Below, piece after piece: positions 36,725-45,739 of a DNA stretch of 64,000 nucleotides. The translations under genes and the position numbers were made by a program. The DNA comes from Phycisphaerales bacterium (GTDB taxonomy: Bacteria; Planctomycetota; Phycisphaerae; Sedimentisphaerales; Anaerobacaceae). The number at the start of each line of letters is the position of its first letter. Within the stretch, counting starts at the first letter, position 1. The stretch lies in NCBI GenBank assembly GCA_003170415.1, contig PMZJ01000041.1:22520-86519 (forward strand), given 5' to 3'. Below the pieces are notes generated by a model. That model had not been told where the DNA came from and made no database searches. It saw nothing but the letters and a program-made list of their open reading frames with translations.

Positions 36725-38218
36725 TTGCTGAAAGTGCAACCTACAAACTTTCTCGGAATATACCTGGCCAAAGACCACGCCACGGTTGTCTGTCTGGCCG
36801 TCCAGGGCCGCGACAGAAACTTCGTTGGCTGTTTCAGTGTTTCGATAGAGCAGGACGAACAACCAGGCCACCGGATGCTGGCCCAGCGCATCGCGGCCGC
36901 CTGCGCCGAAAAGCAGATTAAATTTACTGAAGCGGCGGTTGCCCTGGATTGTGCGATGTTTATGCAGCACAGCATCCACAGCGAGTTTTCCGATGTCAAA
37001 AAAATCACCCAGACGGTCCGCTTCGATACTGAAGAGGCCCTCGGCACCGACGCCACAGACGTCGCAATCGCATTCAAAATAGATTCTACCGACCAGACCG
37101 GCTCAAATATTAGCGCCTTTACCGCGCAAAAGCAACTGCTCGCTGAACTGCTCGGTGCCCTGCAAAGCAACAACATTGACCCCGTCAGCTTAGAGCCCGA
37201 CGTCAATTGCCTGGCAAGGTTCGTCTGCCAGAATATCTCGCTGCCCCCTGATGCCCGCCCGTTGTTCGCGTTCCTGTCCCGGCGAAACGGCTACTTTATT
37301 GCGCCCGTTTCTTCTGTCTGGCAGGGCGTATCTCCGACGCCGGCCGCCTCGATGCGAACCTTTCTGCTCAGCGCATCACAAAACAGAAACGAGATGCTGG
37401 TAAAACAGGTATCTATGACCACCGCGCTGCTTCAAACAGCCGGGGTCATTAATCGCCTTGAAATCTTCGATGTTGCCGATTCGCTGGTCTGCGATGATAT
37501 CTCCAAAAAACTCACCGTTCAAACAAATCGCATCGACATAGTCGGTTCAGCGAGATTGTCTGCCGAGAACCTGGCTGACTGCCCCGACGCAGTCGAATTC
37601 GCAATCGCTTACGGCGCCGCGATTGCGTACCTCGACCTGCCTCACAGCACGAACTTCCGCAGCGATTTTATGCCTTATCAGGGCAGGAAGATGCGTCTGC
37701 AGCGGACCCTCAAGTTTTTCACCGTCGCCGCGGTCATTCTTATGTTCGCCGCCGGCCTATATGGTCTGATGCAGGCAGTTCAGCTTAACAAGTATCGTGC
37801 CCAGATGCGGGTGAAATTCACCAAAGAGTTCTCGGCCGTTATGTTCGGCGAGAAGATGCCTAACAAATCAAAAGAGGCGGCCAGGAAAATCGGCACAGCG
37901 CTACGGCGCATCAAAGAGGCGCAAAAGGGCTTTTCCCTTACCGGGGAAGAGGCAGTCGCGGCGAAACTTGCCCTTGTGCTTCAGGCATTCAATAAGTGCG
38001 CGGCGGCCACGGGGCTGAATATCGAATCCGTCTCCATAACCGACAAAATGATAACCATAAATGGCGACACTCCCCCGGAAAACACACTCAGAGTGTTTGA
38101 AGCTCTCAGGCAGGCCGGCTTAACTATTCTCCAGCAGCGAATCAGCCCCAACGGCGGACGCAGCACCTTCGGTGTAACGGTTGAACCCACCACAAAACAA
38201 GGCGGAGGCGGCCAATGA
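36725..38218 (+). CDS. GspL/PilM-like assembly protein (cytoplasmic actin-like domain + TM + periplasmic domain)
   Basis: Call rests on position, size and a single TM segment (FFTVAAVILMFAAGLYGLMQAV). 4-nt overlap with the next gene. Confidence 0.55.
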   Translation: MLKVQPTNFLGIYLAKDHATVVCLAVQGRDRNFVGCFSVSIEQDEQPGHRMLAQRIAAACAEKQIKFTEAAVALDCAMFMQHSIHSEFSDVKKITQTVRFDTEEALGTDATDVAIAFKIDSTDQTGSNISAFTAQKQLLAELLGALQSNNIDPVSLEPDVNCLARFVCQNISLPPDARPLFAFLSRRNGYFIAPVSSVWQGVSPTPAASMRTFLLSASQNRNEMLVKQVSMTTALLQTAGVINRLEIFDVADSLVCDDISKKLTVQTNRIDIVGSARLSAENLADCPDAVEFAIAYGAAIAYLDLPHSTNFRSDFMPYQGRKMRLQRTLKFFTVAAVILMFAAGLYGLMQAVQLNKYRAQMRVKFTKEFSAVMFGEKMPNKSKEAARKIGTALRRIKEAQKGFSLTGEEAVAAKLALVLQAFNKCAAATGLNIESVSITDKMITINGDTPPENTLRVFEALRQAGLTILQQRISPNGGRSTFGVTVEPTTKQGGGGQ

Positions 38219-38724
38219 AAGATATAAGAGAAATATATAAAAACCCGATGTTTTATTACATACTTATCCCTGCCCTCGCCGCCCTTTGGCCGGCCATTAT
38301 CTGGGGCGTTTATCTGCCGGCCGCACGGGCTAATCTCAGTGAAGAAATGGACCAGTTCACCAAGGCCGAGCAACTGATTGAGGAATTGCTCGCGGCCGAC
38401 CCCGAACGCCTGAATTTCACAAAGGAAAAGAACGCGGCGAGCGGGTTCGATTACGCTACCGCCGTCCAGCAGGCCGCCGAATTCTGCTCCGTTCCCGCCG
38501 GCAATTACAAGTTGTCTTCCGGCATAATCACTAAATCCGAGGGCCAGAAAAGCCAGTCCGCCAACGTCTCGCTGAAGGGTGTTGAGATAACCAAGGCAGC
38601 CAGATTCCTGTCCACAATCCAGTTGCGCTGGTCGGGTCTTCAGTGCACCAAGATAGCCCTGCGAAAGAACAAGGGCGTACCCGACGCCTGGGATGTTGAC
38701 CTGACGTTCAAGTATTATTATTGA
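38215..38724 (+). CDS. GspM-like bitopic protein
   Basis: 169 aa with one N-terminal TM segment (YYILIPALAALWPAIIWGVYL). Last gene of the cluster. The call is positional only. Confidence 0.45.
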   Translation: MKDIREIYKNPMFYYILIPALAALWPAIIWGVYLPAARANLSEEMDQFTKAEQLIEELLAADPERLNFTKEKNAASGFDYATAVQQAAEFCSVPAGNYKLSSGIITKSEGQKSQSANVSLKGVEITKAARFLSTIQLRWSGLQCTKIALRKNKGVPDAWDVDLTFKYYY

Positions 38725-39013
38725 CGCCACGTTGCGTATTGCGTCCGCCGTAAGGTGTCCCTTTCGGGAGTGCGTGATACGTATTGCGTGTTTCGTTCGC
38801 ACTGCGCAGGACGCGATACGCACGACGAAACTAATTGAGACAATAGAGCTAACGCGTGACCAGCATAAATAAATGTGCTGTTTCGGTCAGATTTGAAGGT
38901 CAATTACCAAAAAGCTGCTCTGTGACCCGTACCGAGCCAAGTTCGTCAATTCTAAAACCCAAAACCTGTCTTGCGGCGGCTATAGAAGATTATATGGTCC
39001 GTATTACGTGCAT

Positions 39014-40711
39014 TTACTTCTTGCCTTGTTTGGCCAGCAACAACGCAAGGTTGCTCCGGGCTAATTCATAATCCGGTTTTATTTTTAGCGCTTTTCTATA
39101 ATATATCTCTGCCTTAACAAAGTTGCTTTTTTTTTCGTATGCAGCCCCCAGCTGATTATACATCTCATGTATATTGGGCCAGTCGGCTCTTTCCTGTAAT
39201 GCTTTGGTAAAGCAGTCAATGGCTTCGTCAAACTTGTTTTGCGACAAAAGCGTAGCACAAAAAGACTTCCGTGCATTAAGAGCTCCTGGGCAAATACGCA
39301 GAGTTTCTTGAAAGCACCGGATTCCTTCATCATATTGCCCCTGTTCGCAAAGATAACCCCCATAAAGTTCAAGGACAACGTAGTTATTTTGAGTGACATT
39401 AAGAGCTCGGTTGAACAGAGTGGGTGCGTCACGCCAGTATCCCACCTGAATCCGCGTCAAAATTACCATAGCAATCAACACCAAGGACGCCATTGATGTC
39501 AGTATCGATTTTGAGTAATGCATCTTTGAAAAGATTTCCTCTGCACCCCATGCTATGATGATAAGGATGCCTATCACAGGCAGGTACATATATCGGTCAG
39601 CCATCATCTGTGATCCTGACTGCACCAGCCCAATTACCGGCACTAACGTCCCCAGATACCATAAAAGCCCCACGACCAGCCACGGTCGCCCCCGGCCATA
39701 TAAATATAGCAGCAGCACCACTCCCATAACCGCCAGAGCCGCGGAATCTATCACACCTTTCTCCTGAATCGGATAAAAAAACGCCAGGTTCTTTGGAAGA
39801 AGTATTTTTACAATGTAGTTAAAATAAGAACTCGTTGCGTTTATTACACGGAAATGCAATGGGATGGCCTTAAGGCTTATTATGGAATCGCCTTGCTGCT
39901 GGACAACAAATGTGATTATGCTGGTAATAGCTGACAGCACAAAGAGGGGAATTTTTTCTATTATTAACCGGCTCATCGGCACGGTTTTCTCGACAGGGGT
40001 GCCTTTCAGGTTAAGTCGTTCAAGCGGCCAGTAGTCCAGCAAAAGCAGCACAAACGGCAGTGTCACTACAATCGGCTTGGTCATAATACACAGGCCGTAG
40101 ATTAAAAACAGCAATGTATATCGCCTGATACCCGGTCTCTTTGTGTACCAAATATAGACAGCCATTGTGAGGAACCAGAAAAGGCCGCTTAACACCGTTT
40201 TTCTTTCGGCTGCCCATGCGACCGACTCCACCTGAATCGGGTGCAGTGCAAATACCGCCGCCACAAATGCACTTGGCCAAATTCTTCCTGTCAAGTTATT
40301 TAGAATCCAAAAAAGAAGCAGAGCGTTAACTATATGAATCCCAACGCTGACTAAATGATGTCCCAGGGGTGTTAGCCCGAAAAACTCGTAATCAAGCATA
40401 TGACTGATTGTCGTCAAGGGATGCCACATATGAGCTTGTGGTTTTGTGAATGCCCTGCCGAGTGATTGCCAGTTTAGACCAGCTTTTATATCCGGATTTT
40501 TGGTGATATATACATCATCGTCAAAGTAGACGAAGCCATTGTGCCGTATCGGCTCGTATGCTGCAAGCGTACCTGCAGCAAGCCCAATGCATATGAGCAG
40601 CTTTATCCAGTTTCTGCGATGTTCTGCATTTACAACATCTAACCCTAATTCGGTAGAATCTTTTTTTGCCATAAGATGTAATTTAACTTTTCGCCTTTTG
40701 CCCCCAGGCAA
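39014..40711 (-). CDS. TMTC/PMT-like polytopic membrane protein (GT-C-like) with C-terminal TPR repeats
   Basis: N-terminal AAYEPIRHNGFVYFDDDVYITKNP motif, about 10 TM segments, and TPR repeats in the last ~170 aa. Paralog of 45740-47641. Confidence 0.72.
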   Translation of the reverse strand: MPGGKRRKVKLHLMAKKDSTELGLDVVNAEHRRNWIKLLICIGLAAGTLAAYEPIRHNGFVYFDDDVYITKNPDIKAGLNWQSLGRAFTKPQAHMWHPLTTISHMLDYEFFGLTPLGHHLVSVGIHIVNALLLFWILNNLTGRIWPSAFVAAVFALHPIQVESVAWAAERKTVLSGLFWFLTMAVYIWYTKRPGIRRYTLLFLIYGLCIMTKPIVVTLPFVLLLLDYWPLERLNLKGTPVEKTVPMSRLIIEKIPLFVLSAITSIITFVVQQQGDSIISLKAIPLHFRVINATSSYFNYIVKILLPKNLAFFYPIQEKGVIDSAALAVMGVVLLLYLYGRGRPWLVVGLLWYLGTLVPVIGLVQSGSQMMADRYMYLPVIGILIIIAWGAEEIFSKMHYSKSILTSMASLVLIAMVILTRIQVGYWRDAPTLFNRALNVTQNNYVVLELYGGYLCEQGQYDEGIRCFQETLRICPGALNARKSFCATLLSQNKFDEAIDCFTKALQERADWPNIHEMYNQLGAAYEKKSNFVKAEIYYRKALKIKPDYELARSNLALLLAKQGKK

Positions 40712-40998
40712 AGGTGAATATCATTATACACTTCAGGGCTTGAAAGGGAAATGGGACAGTAATCGTTTTTTATTCAGTGTTCTCTGCGGTTACAATACTC
40801 TTTAATGCCGTGGGTAATTCAACGCAAGGGTATAATACACATTCTAATTATTTCTCGCGATATCATAGGTTGCCGTTTTAGGGCGGGGCAAACGCCGCCC
40901 TAAAAAAACCTGCCATTGGGATGCTGAATGTCTGCCTCACCGTTGGCAGGCGAGACCTCACCAAGGCGGGTTGGACGTTCGGCGTTTTTCCTTTACAT

Positions 40999-41035
40999 AA
41001 AAAAGCCGGGGCCTGCTTTTTCAAGCAGGCCCCGG
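40999..41035 (-). terminator. rho-independent terminator of the PEP-CTERM gene 41076-41708
   Basis: The minus strand reads CCGGGGCCTGCTT-gaaaa-AAGCAGGCCCCGG followed by CTTTTTT. Confidence 0.78.
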
Positions 41036-41075
41036 TTTAATACTACTTTGTAAACTTATGCCTTGTCGGCAGAAA

Positions 41076-41708
41076 TTATTTCTTCCTGCGGATCAAAGCC
41101 AGACCGCCGAGTCCGAGCAACGCCATTGTCGCCGGCTCCGGTGTTAACTGAAGGTTGTCAATGTAATAAATCGCGCTGCCCATGCTGCTATCATGTGAAT
41201 AGCTGTTCTGGTAGAGGATGATCTGAGCCCAACCGCCGGAAGGACCCGTCATTAAGCTGCTGAAATCCCATTTAAGGTGCTCTGTGAAATCCTGCCCCGT
41301 TTCACCTGTACCACCGCCCCAATACCAGGAGCCAATATCAACCTGTTGCCAGCCAGTTCCACCGCTGTTAATAGTAAGGCCAAACTGGAAGCCATTATCG
41401 CCTGACCAGTCCGCGCCCACTACGGTGACGTCCATCTCCATTGTTGTCAAACCAGCATCAAGCTGAGAACCAGTTGGATTGCCACTAATGGCTGCAACCT
41501 GACCAATGAATCCCCAACCTGTGGCGCATACGATGCCATCGCTGTACGTCCCATCTGTAACACCAGTGGTCTGTCCTGGAACAATCGCCGCGCCCCAACT
41601 GGATATCTCACCATTCGTGGGATCTTCCCAGCTTGTAACAAGCACGCCAGCGAAGCTGACAGAGGCCATAGCCAAAACAAGACAAATTGCTACTAATTTT
41701 CTACTCAT
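41076..41708 (-). CDS. PEP-CTERM sorting domain protein
   Basis: Signal peptide. C-terminal TPEPATMALLGLGGLALIRRKK (PEP motif + TM + basic tail). Confidence 0.9.
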   Translation of the reverse strand: MSRKLVAICLVLAMASVSFAGVLVTSWEDPTNGEISSWGAAIVPGQTTGVTDGTYSDGIVCATGWGFIGQVAAISGNPTGSQLDAGLTTMEMDVTVVGADWSGDNGFQFGLTINSGGTGWQQVDIGSWYWGGGTGETGQDFTEHLKWDFSSLMTGPSGGWAQIILYQNSYSHDSSMGSAIYYIDNLQLTPEPATMALLGLGGLALIRRKK

Positions 41709-41991
41709 ATTCTACTCCTCCTTCTTCGTTGTTATCACTTTCTTGTTCGTTAATCCCAGCCACAAGCCGGGATATTCGTTGCCCTCGACAAACTCACTCT
41801 CTACTTTGATTTTGTCTCGAACAACAACAAGCACTACGTTTTGACTTTCACCTTTTTATAACCTCGTGCTTGCCTAACGTTAAATAAAGCGACAACTTCT
41901 GCACTTCATTTATTCACTTTTCAATTGGCTTAACCCTCCTCCAAGAGGGAGCCACTTCTACACACGTATGCGGTAACTCTTGACAATCGTT

Positions 41992-42021
41992 AGAATACCA
42001 CATTTGCTATCTGTATGTCAA
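41992..42021 (-). promoter_or_regulatory. candidate sigma-70-type promoter for 41076-41708
   Basis: Minus strand: TTGACA (42021-42016), 18-nt spacer, TATTCT (41997-41992). A conserved CCCATAAT..TTTCTC lies upstream. Confidence 0.5.
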
Positions 42022-42185
42022 GAGAAATTATTATGGGATGCAAAAAAAAGTCATAGGCCTTGCTGTGTTGCGTAACTGCTGTATTATCAAGAAGTTATGC
42101 GATATAGCATTACGTATCAAATTGGGCGATTTGCGTTGTTTCGGTAAATATCAGTATCAATACTGAAACGCTGTCTCTGTTTCCA

Positions 42186-42221
42186 CAAAAACAAGGGCCT
42201 GCTTTTTCAAGCAGGCCCCGG
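42186..42221 (-). terminator. rho-independent terminator of the PEP-CTERM gene 42258-42776
   Basis: Same GGGCCTGCTT-gaaaa-AAGCAGGCCC stem as at 40999-41035, followed on the minus strand by TTGTTTTTG. Confidence 0.68.
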
Positions 42222-42257
42222 TTTGATACTATCTTATGCTTTACGGAAGAACAGTAC

Positions 42258-42776
42258 TTATTTCTTTCTGCGAATCAAAGCCAGTCCGCCAAGGCCCATC
42301 AGGGCCATTGTCGCCGGCTCAGGAGTTAACCTCAGGTTGCTAAGGTACAGAGTGCACTGTGAATTCAGGTCATCGGTTGAGTAGCTGTTCTCGATGAAGG
42401 TTGCTTGAGCCCAGGTGCAGGAAGAACCTGCCTTAAACGCACCGTAATCAAATGTGGCCATAATCGTCCTGTCACCGTCGGCAGAGTTCCACCAAGGCGT
42501 ACAGTCGGCCTTCTCTTGCCAGCCGGTCAAATCGCTGTTAAGGGCAAAGCCAAACTGGAAGCCGGTATCGCCTGGCCAATCGGCAGACAATGAGGTGACA
42601 TCAACACTTATTTTTGTATTGGCCATAAAATCGGCAGGATTGAGATTCACTTGTCCGAGGGTTCCAAAGCCGATCGGCCCCACAGCCCAGCCGGGGTCTG
42701 GAAGAATGACCATATTGCCGTAGCCGGTTGAAACAAGGAACAATACCAAACAAACAGAAATGATTAATCTACTCAT
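42258..42776 (-). CDS. PEP-CTERM sorting domain protein (paralog)
   Basis: Signal peptide. C-terminal TPEPATMALMGLGGLALIRRKK. Shares the ADWxGDxGFQFG...TGWQ core with 41076-41708. Confidence 0.9.
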   Translation of the reverse strand: MSRLIISVCLVLFLVSTGYGNMVILPDPGWAVGPIGFGTLGQVNLNPADFMANTKISVDVTSLSADWPGDTGFQFGFALNSDLTGWQEKADCTPWWNSADGDRTIMATFDYGAFKAGSSCTWAQATFIENSYSTDDLNSQCTLYLSNLRLTPEPATMALMGLGGLALIRRKK

Positions 42777-42878
42777 ACTCTACTCCTCCTTCTTCTTTAA
42801 GTTCTTCACCCTTTTTCTCTTTTACTGAGTTATCCCTGCTTTCTATCAGGGATATACTAACTCCTCATTACTCAGTCG

Positions 42879-42908
42879 ATTTTAGCTGCCTTGGCCGCTA
42901 AATGTCAA
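42879..42908 (-). promoter_or_regulatory. candidate sigma-70-type promoter for 42258-42776
   Basis: Minus strand: TTGACA (42908-42903), 18-nt spacer, TAAAAT (42884-42879). The same CCCATAATTTTC upstream motif is present. Confidence 0.5.
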
Positions 42909-43062
42909 GAAAATTATGGGACGAAGCGTTTTTTTGGGGGGGTAACGCAACATTCCGTAATCGTAGTATTACCAAGCGGTTAGGCGCTGTAATGCCACGT
43001 AGAAAACACATTGATTCAGCCAATTAACGGGCTAAAATCCATATTTTCCTAAGATTCCAGGT

Positions 43063-45507
43063 TTAATCCTGGGGATAAATGATAATCCTGTCGTGGATAA
43101 TGGTTACCAGGTCGGCTTTGCCGTCGCCCGTCACGTCGGCGACCTTCATTTGTCGCGGCTCTACTATCGGCGCCTGCGGCCTGGATTCTCGGTAGGTCTT
43201 GTCTTCGAATGTCTTGAATCGCATCGCCGGGACGGGTTTGCCCGCCGAGTCAAGGGCCAATATTTCGATATGGTTATGTTTGTATTCTACCAGTATGATA
43301 TCGGTCCGTTTGTCGCCGTTTATATCGCCCGTTGTAAGGTTGCCGTAAGCGCCGTCCTTTATCTTTGTTTCGTAACTGAATTTTTGTTCGAGTCGATACC
43401 GATTTGTTTTGCCTCCCGGCGGAATAACAATGCCGAATTTTTCGCCGTCAAACAGCAGGATATCATCAGGGCCGCCGCCGGTGAGGGATGCAATCAGCAT
43501 TTTGACGCCGGAGGCGGCGTTCCACGTTCCGACGTCCAGCTCTTTGTCGAAGCGATACGTTTTGTCTGTGCCCGGTGTAAGAATTTGCAGCCGGCCCTTT
43601 GGGCCATCCAATAACAGTATCGCTTTGCTGTCTTTTGCGCCGTCAACCTTCATCTTTGCCGCGGCTACAGCCGAGATACGATTCTCGGCGCTTTTGGCAT
43701 TATACTGGTCGAGGACCGTCCATTCACCGCCTGTGAATGTCATACTTCTGGCAAAATTGTTTTGCGCTACCAAAAGCTCTTCGCCTGGTTTACCATCAGT
43801 ATCAGCCAAATAAACGGAGCGAAGAGTCGCTTCTTTTATCAAGCTTGTCTGTGCCTTTGGCGAATCGACGACCTCGAATTTCCGTTTTTGGGTCTGGCGA
43901 ACCAGTATGGGCAGCTCATATTTGACAAAAATAAGCACGTCTTTTAAGCCATCGTGGTCAACATCGATAACCTTGATTGCCTGTGGATTAGTGGCGAGCT
44001 GCGGAAGCTCGACCGCGAGGGTATCATTGGCGTCGGCTTTTGCCACGTTATAGATTATCCGAAGCGACCTTGTATCCGACTGTGAGCGACAGACATATAC
44101 GCAATCAGCCGACTTGTCGTTGTCTATATCGCTTAATTCCATAGCAAGCGGCTCACCTGTCAAATCGACTGCTTTCGGGAAGGTCAATCGTCCCGCATCG
44201 AATTTACTTATGCCGATTGCTTTTTCCTTTATGCTCAGGACGCCAAGCTCAGTTTTGCCGTCGCCGTCTATATCCGCGGCTGATAGGGCGTCGGCCTCGG
44301 CCAAACTCGGGAATCTCGCCGGCTCCGCCAGTCCAACTCCGGCTACTTGTTTGTACCAGATAATTTCCGCCGCACCGGGGTCGCTTACGACCACGTCCGA
44401 AAGTCCGTCGCCGTCAAAATCACCGACTACGAGGTCTCGTTTTTCGCTGTCCTGTCCTGCCGCGAGGGGATAAAATAGCACTGGCCAGTCATCGCTCTGC
44501 GAACTGTCCGCGACCAATTTATAGCAGGCCAATCGTCTGCTTATAGCGTCAATCGCAACTATCTCTTTGCCTTCTTTGCCGCCCATGTTGGCAAGCTCCA
44601 TCGCCAGAGGCATTTCAGATAACAGACGCATTTCGGGTCCTAACTGGTTATTTTTTTGCCCGAGGCGGACGTGAATTGGCCTCTCGGCATCGTCTGTAAC
44701 AATCAGCAGGTCGTTTATGCCGTTGCCGGTGAGGTCGCCGACCTCGGCACCGATGATTCGGGCAGCAGCGGGATACTTGACCGGCTCGCCTAGAGTACCA
44801 TCTTTCTTTTGGAGCACGACGTATATAGCATCCCTTCCAACCACAATGAGGTCTTTTTTGCCGTCGTTGTCTATATCCTCACAAATAAGGGCATTCTCAT
44901 TAGGCAGGGCATCGTCGATATTGATGCGTTTGACCGGCTGCCAGGTTAACGTTTTCGACTTGTGTTTTTCTTTTTGCGGTTTCTGTAACAATATATAGAG
45001 GCCTCGCGGCTCGCCATAGTACGCCAAATCAATCAGTCCGTCGCCGTTCAGGTCGCCGGAAACCATACTGTATATCCGCTGCGAGACAGGCACGGTTTGC
45101 CTGGCAAATCGACTCGGGCCAACCAAAGCGTTGATATCAATGTCATTGGGGTCAACGGCCACGTCTTGTTCCTGGGGGCCGATGGAATCCTTTTGAAGCA
45201 GAATCTCTATCGCGGCTTTTCGGTTGTTGGCCACGGCAATATCGTTCCGACCGTCGCCGTCAAAATCGGCAACCTGCAAATTACTAATACCCCAGTCCAG
45301 CTTGATGATTTCCATCTCGCCGAATCCGTAGTATTCGCTGATGCCGTTTGCGTCCGGCTGATTAGCGTCCCGAACCGGCTGCTCTTTAACAGGTTTACTT
45401 ATGCCTGCCGTTGCTATCGTAAGGCATAATAATATGATTGTGCCCTTAATCGTTCGCACTGGATATCTCCATACAAAGTTTCGTATATAACCCATAAATA
45501 ACTGCAC
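43063..45507 (-). CDS. large exported FG-GAP/VCBS-repeat protein
   Basis: At least 10 copies of the DxDGDGxxDLxV Ca-binding-type motif (DFDGDGRNDIAV, GDLNGDGLIDL, DIDNDGKKDLIV, GDFDGDGLSDVVV, DVTGDGKADLVTI and others). Confidence 0.8.
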   Translation of the reverse strand: MQLFMGYIRNFVWRYPVRTIKGTIILLCLTIATAGISKPVKEQPVRDANQPDANGISEYYGFGEMEIIKLDWGISNLQVADFDGDGRNDIAVANNRKAAIEILLQKDSIGPQEQDVAVDPNDIDINALVGPSRFARQTVPVSQRIYSMVSGDLNGDGLIDLAYYGEPRGLYILLQKPQKEKHKSKTLTWQPVKRINIDDALPNENALICEDIDNDGKKDLIVVGRDAIYVVLQKKDGTLGEPVKYPAAARIIGAEVGDLTGNGINDLLIVTDDAERPIHVRLGQKNNQLGPEMRLLSEMPLAMELANMGGKEGKEIVAIDAISRRLACYKLVADSSQSDDWPVLFYPLAAGQDSEKRDLVVGDFDGDGLSDVVVSDPGAAEIIWYKQVAGVGLAEPARFPSLAEADALSAADIDGDGKTELGVLSIKEKAIGISKFDAGRLTFPKAVDLTGEPLAMELSDIDNDKSADCVYVCRSQSDTRSLRIIYNVAKADANDTLAVELPQLATNPQAIKVIDVDHDGLKDVLIFVKYELPILVRQTQKRKFEVVDSPKAQTSLIKEATLRSVYLADTDGKPGEELLVAQNNFARSMTFTGGEWTVLDQYNAKSAENRISAVAAAKMKVDGAKDSKAILLLDGPKGRLQILTPGTDKTYRFDKELDVGTWNAASGVKMLIASLTGGGPDDILLFDGEKFGIVIPPGGKTNRYRLEQKFSYETKIKDGAYGNLTTGDINGDKRTDIILVEYKHNHIEILALDSAGKPVPAMRFKTFEDKTYRESRPQAPIVEPRQMKVADVTGDGKADLVTIIHDRIIIYPQD

Positions 45508-45739
45508 CAGTCACTATACACTGCATAGAGATATTCGCAAGAGATAGCTAAATGGTTTTCCGGTTTCCTGAACATCGGGTTGTTCCTGAAGGCAAGAGTT
45601 GCCACTGTCAATAGTTCTTTCGCTGTTTTTTCTTGACGATAAACAACAAAAAGGTATAACCAAAGCCGTATTTTGCGAGTAGCAAAAGGCGGCATCACCA
45701 AATGCATTTTATTGCTGAAAAAAACATATCTGATTCAGG

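Noticed and set aside
40880-40915. Hairpin TAGGGCGG-ggcaaacg-CCGCCCTA as a terminator upstream of the TMTC-like gene
   Set aside because: The T-run precedes the stem and the A-run follows it on the plus strand; on the minus strand the stem is also followed by A-rich sequence. It therefore fits canonical intrinsic-terminator geometry on neither strand.
41980-41996. Plus-strand TTGACA / TAGAAT pair as a promoter
   Set aside because: The spacer is only 5 nt. The same sequences make sense as the downstream arm of the inverted repeat and as the -10 of the minus-strand promoter.
45414-45707. 97-aa minus-strand ORF between the FG-GAP gene and the second TMTC-like gene
   Set aside because: It overlaps the 5' end of the 814-aa gene and has no RBS or motifs. 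Its composition is consistent with an AT-rich promoter region.
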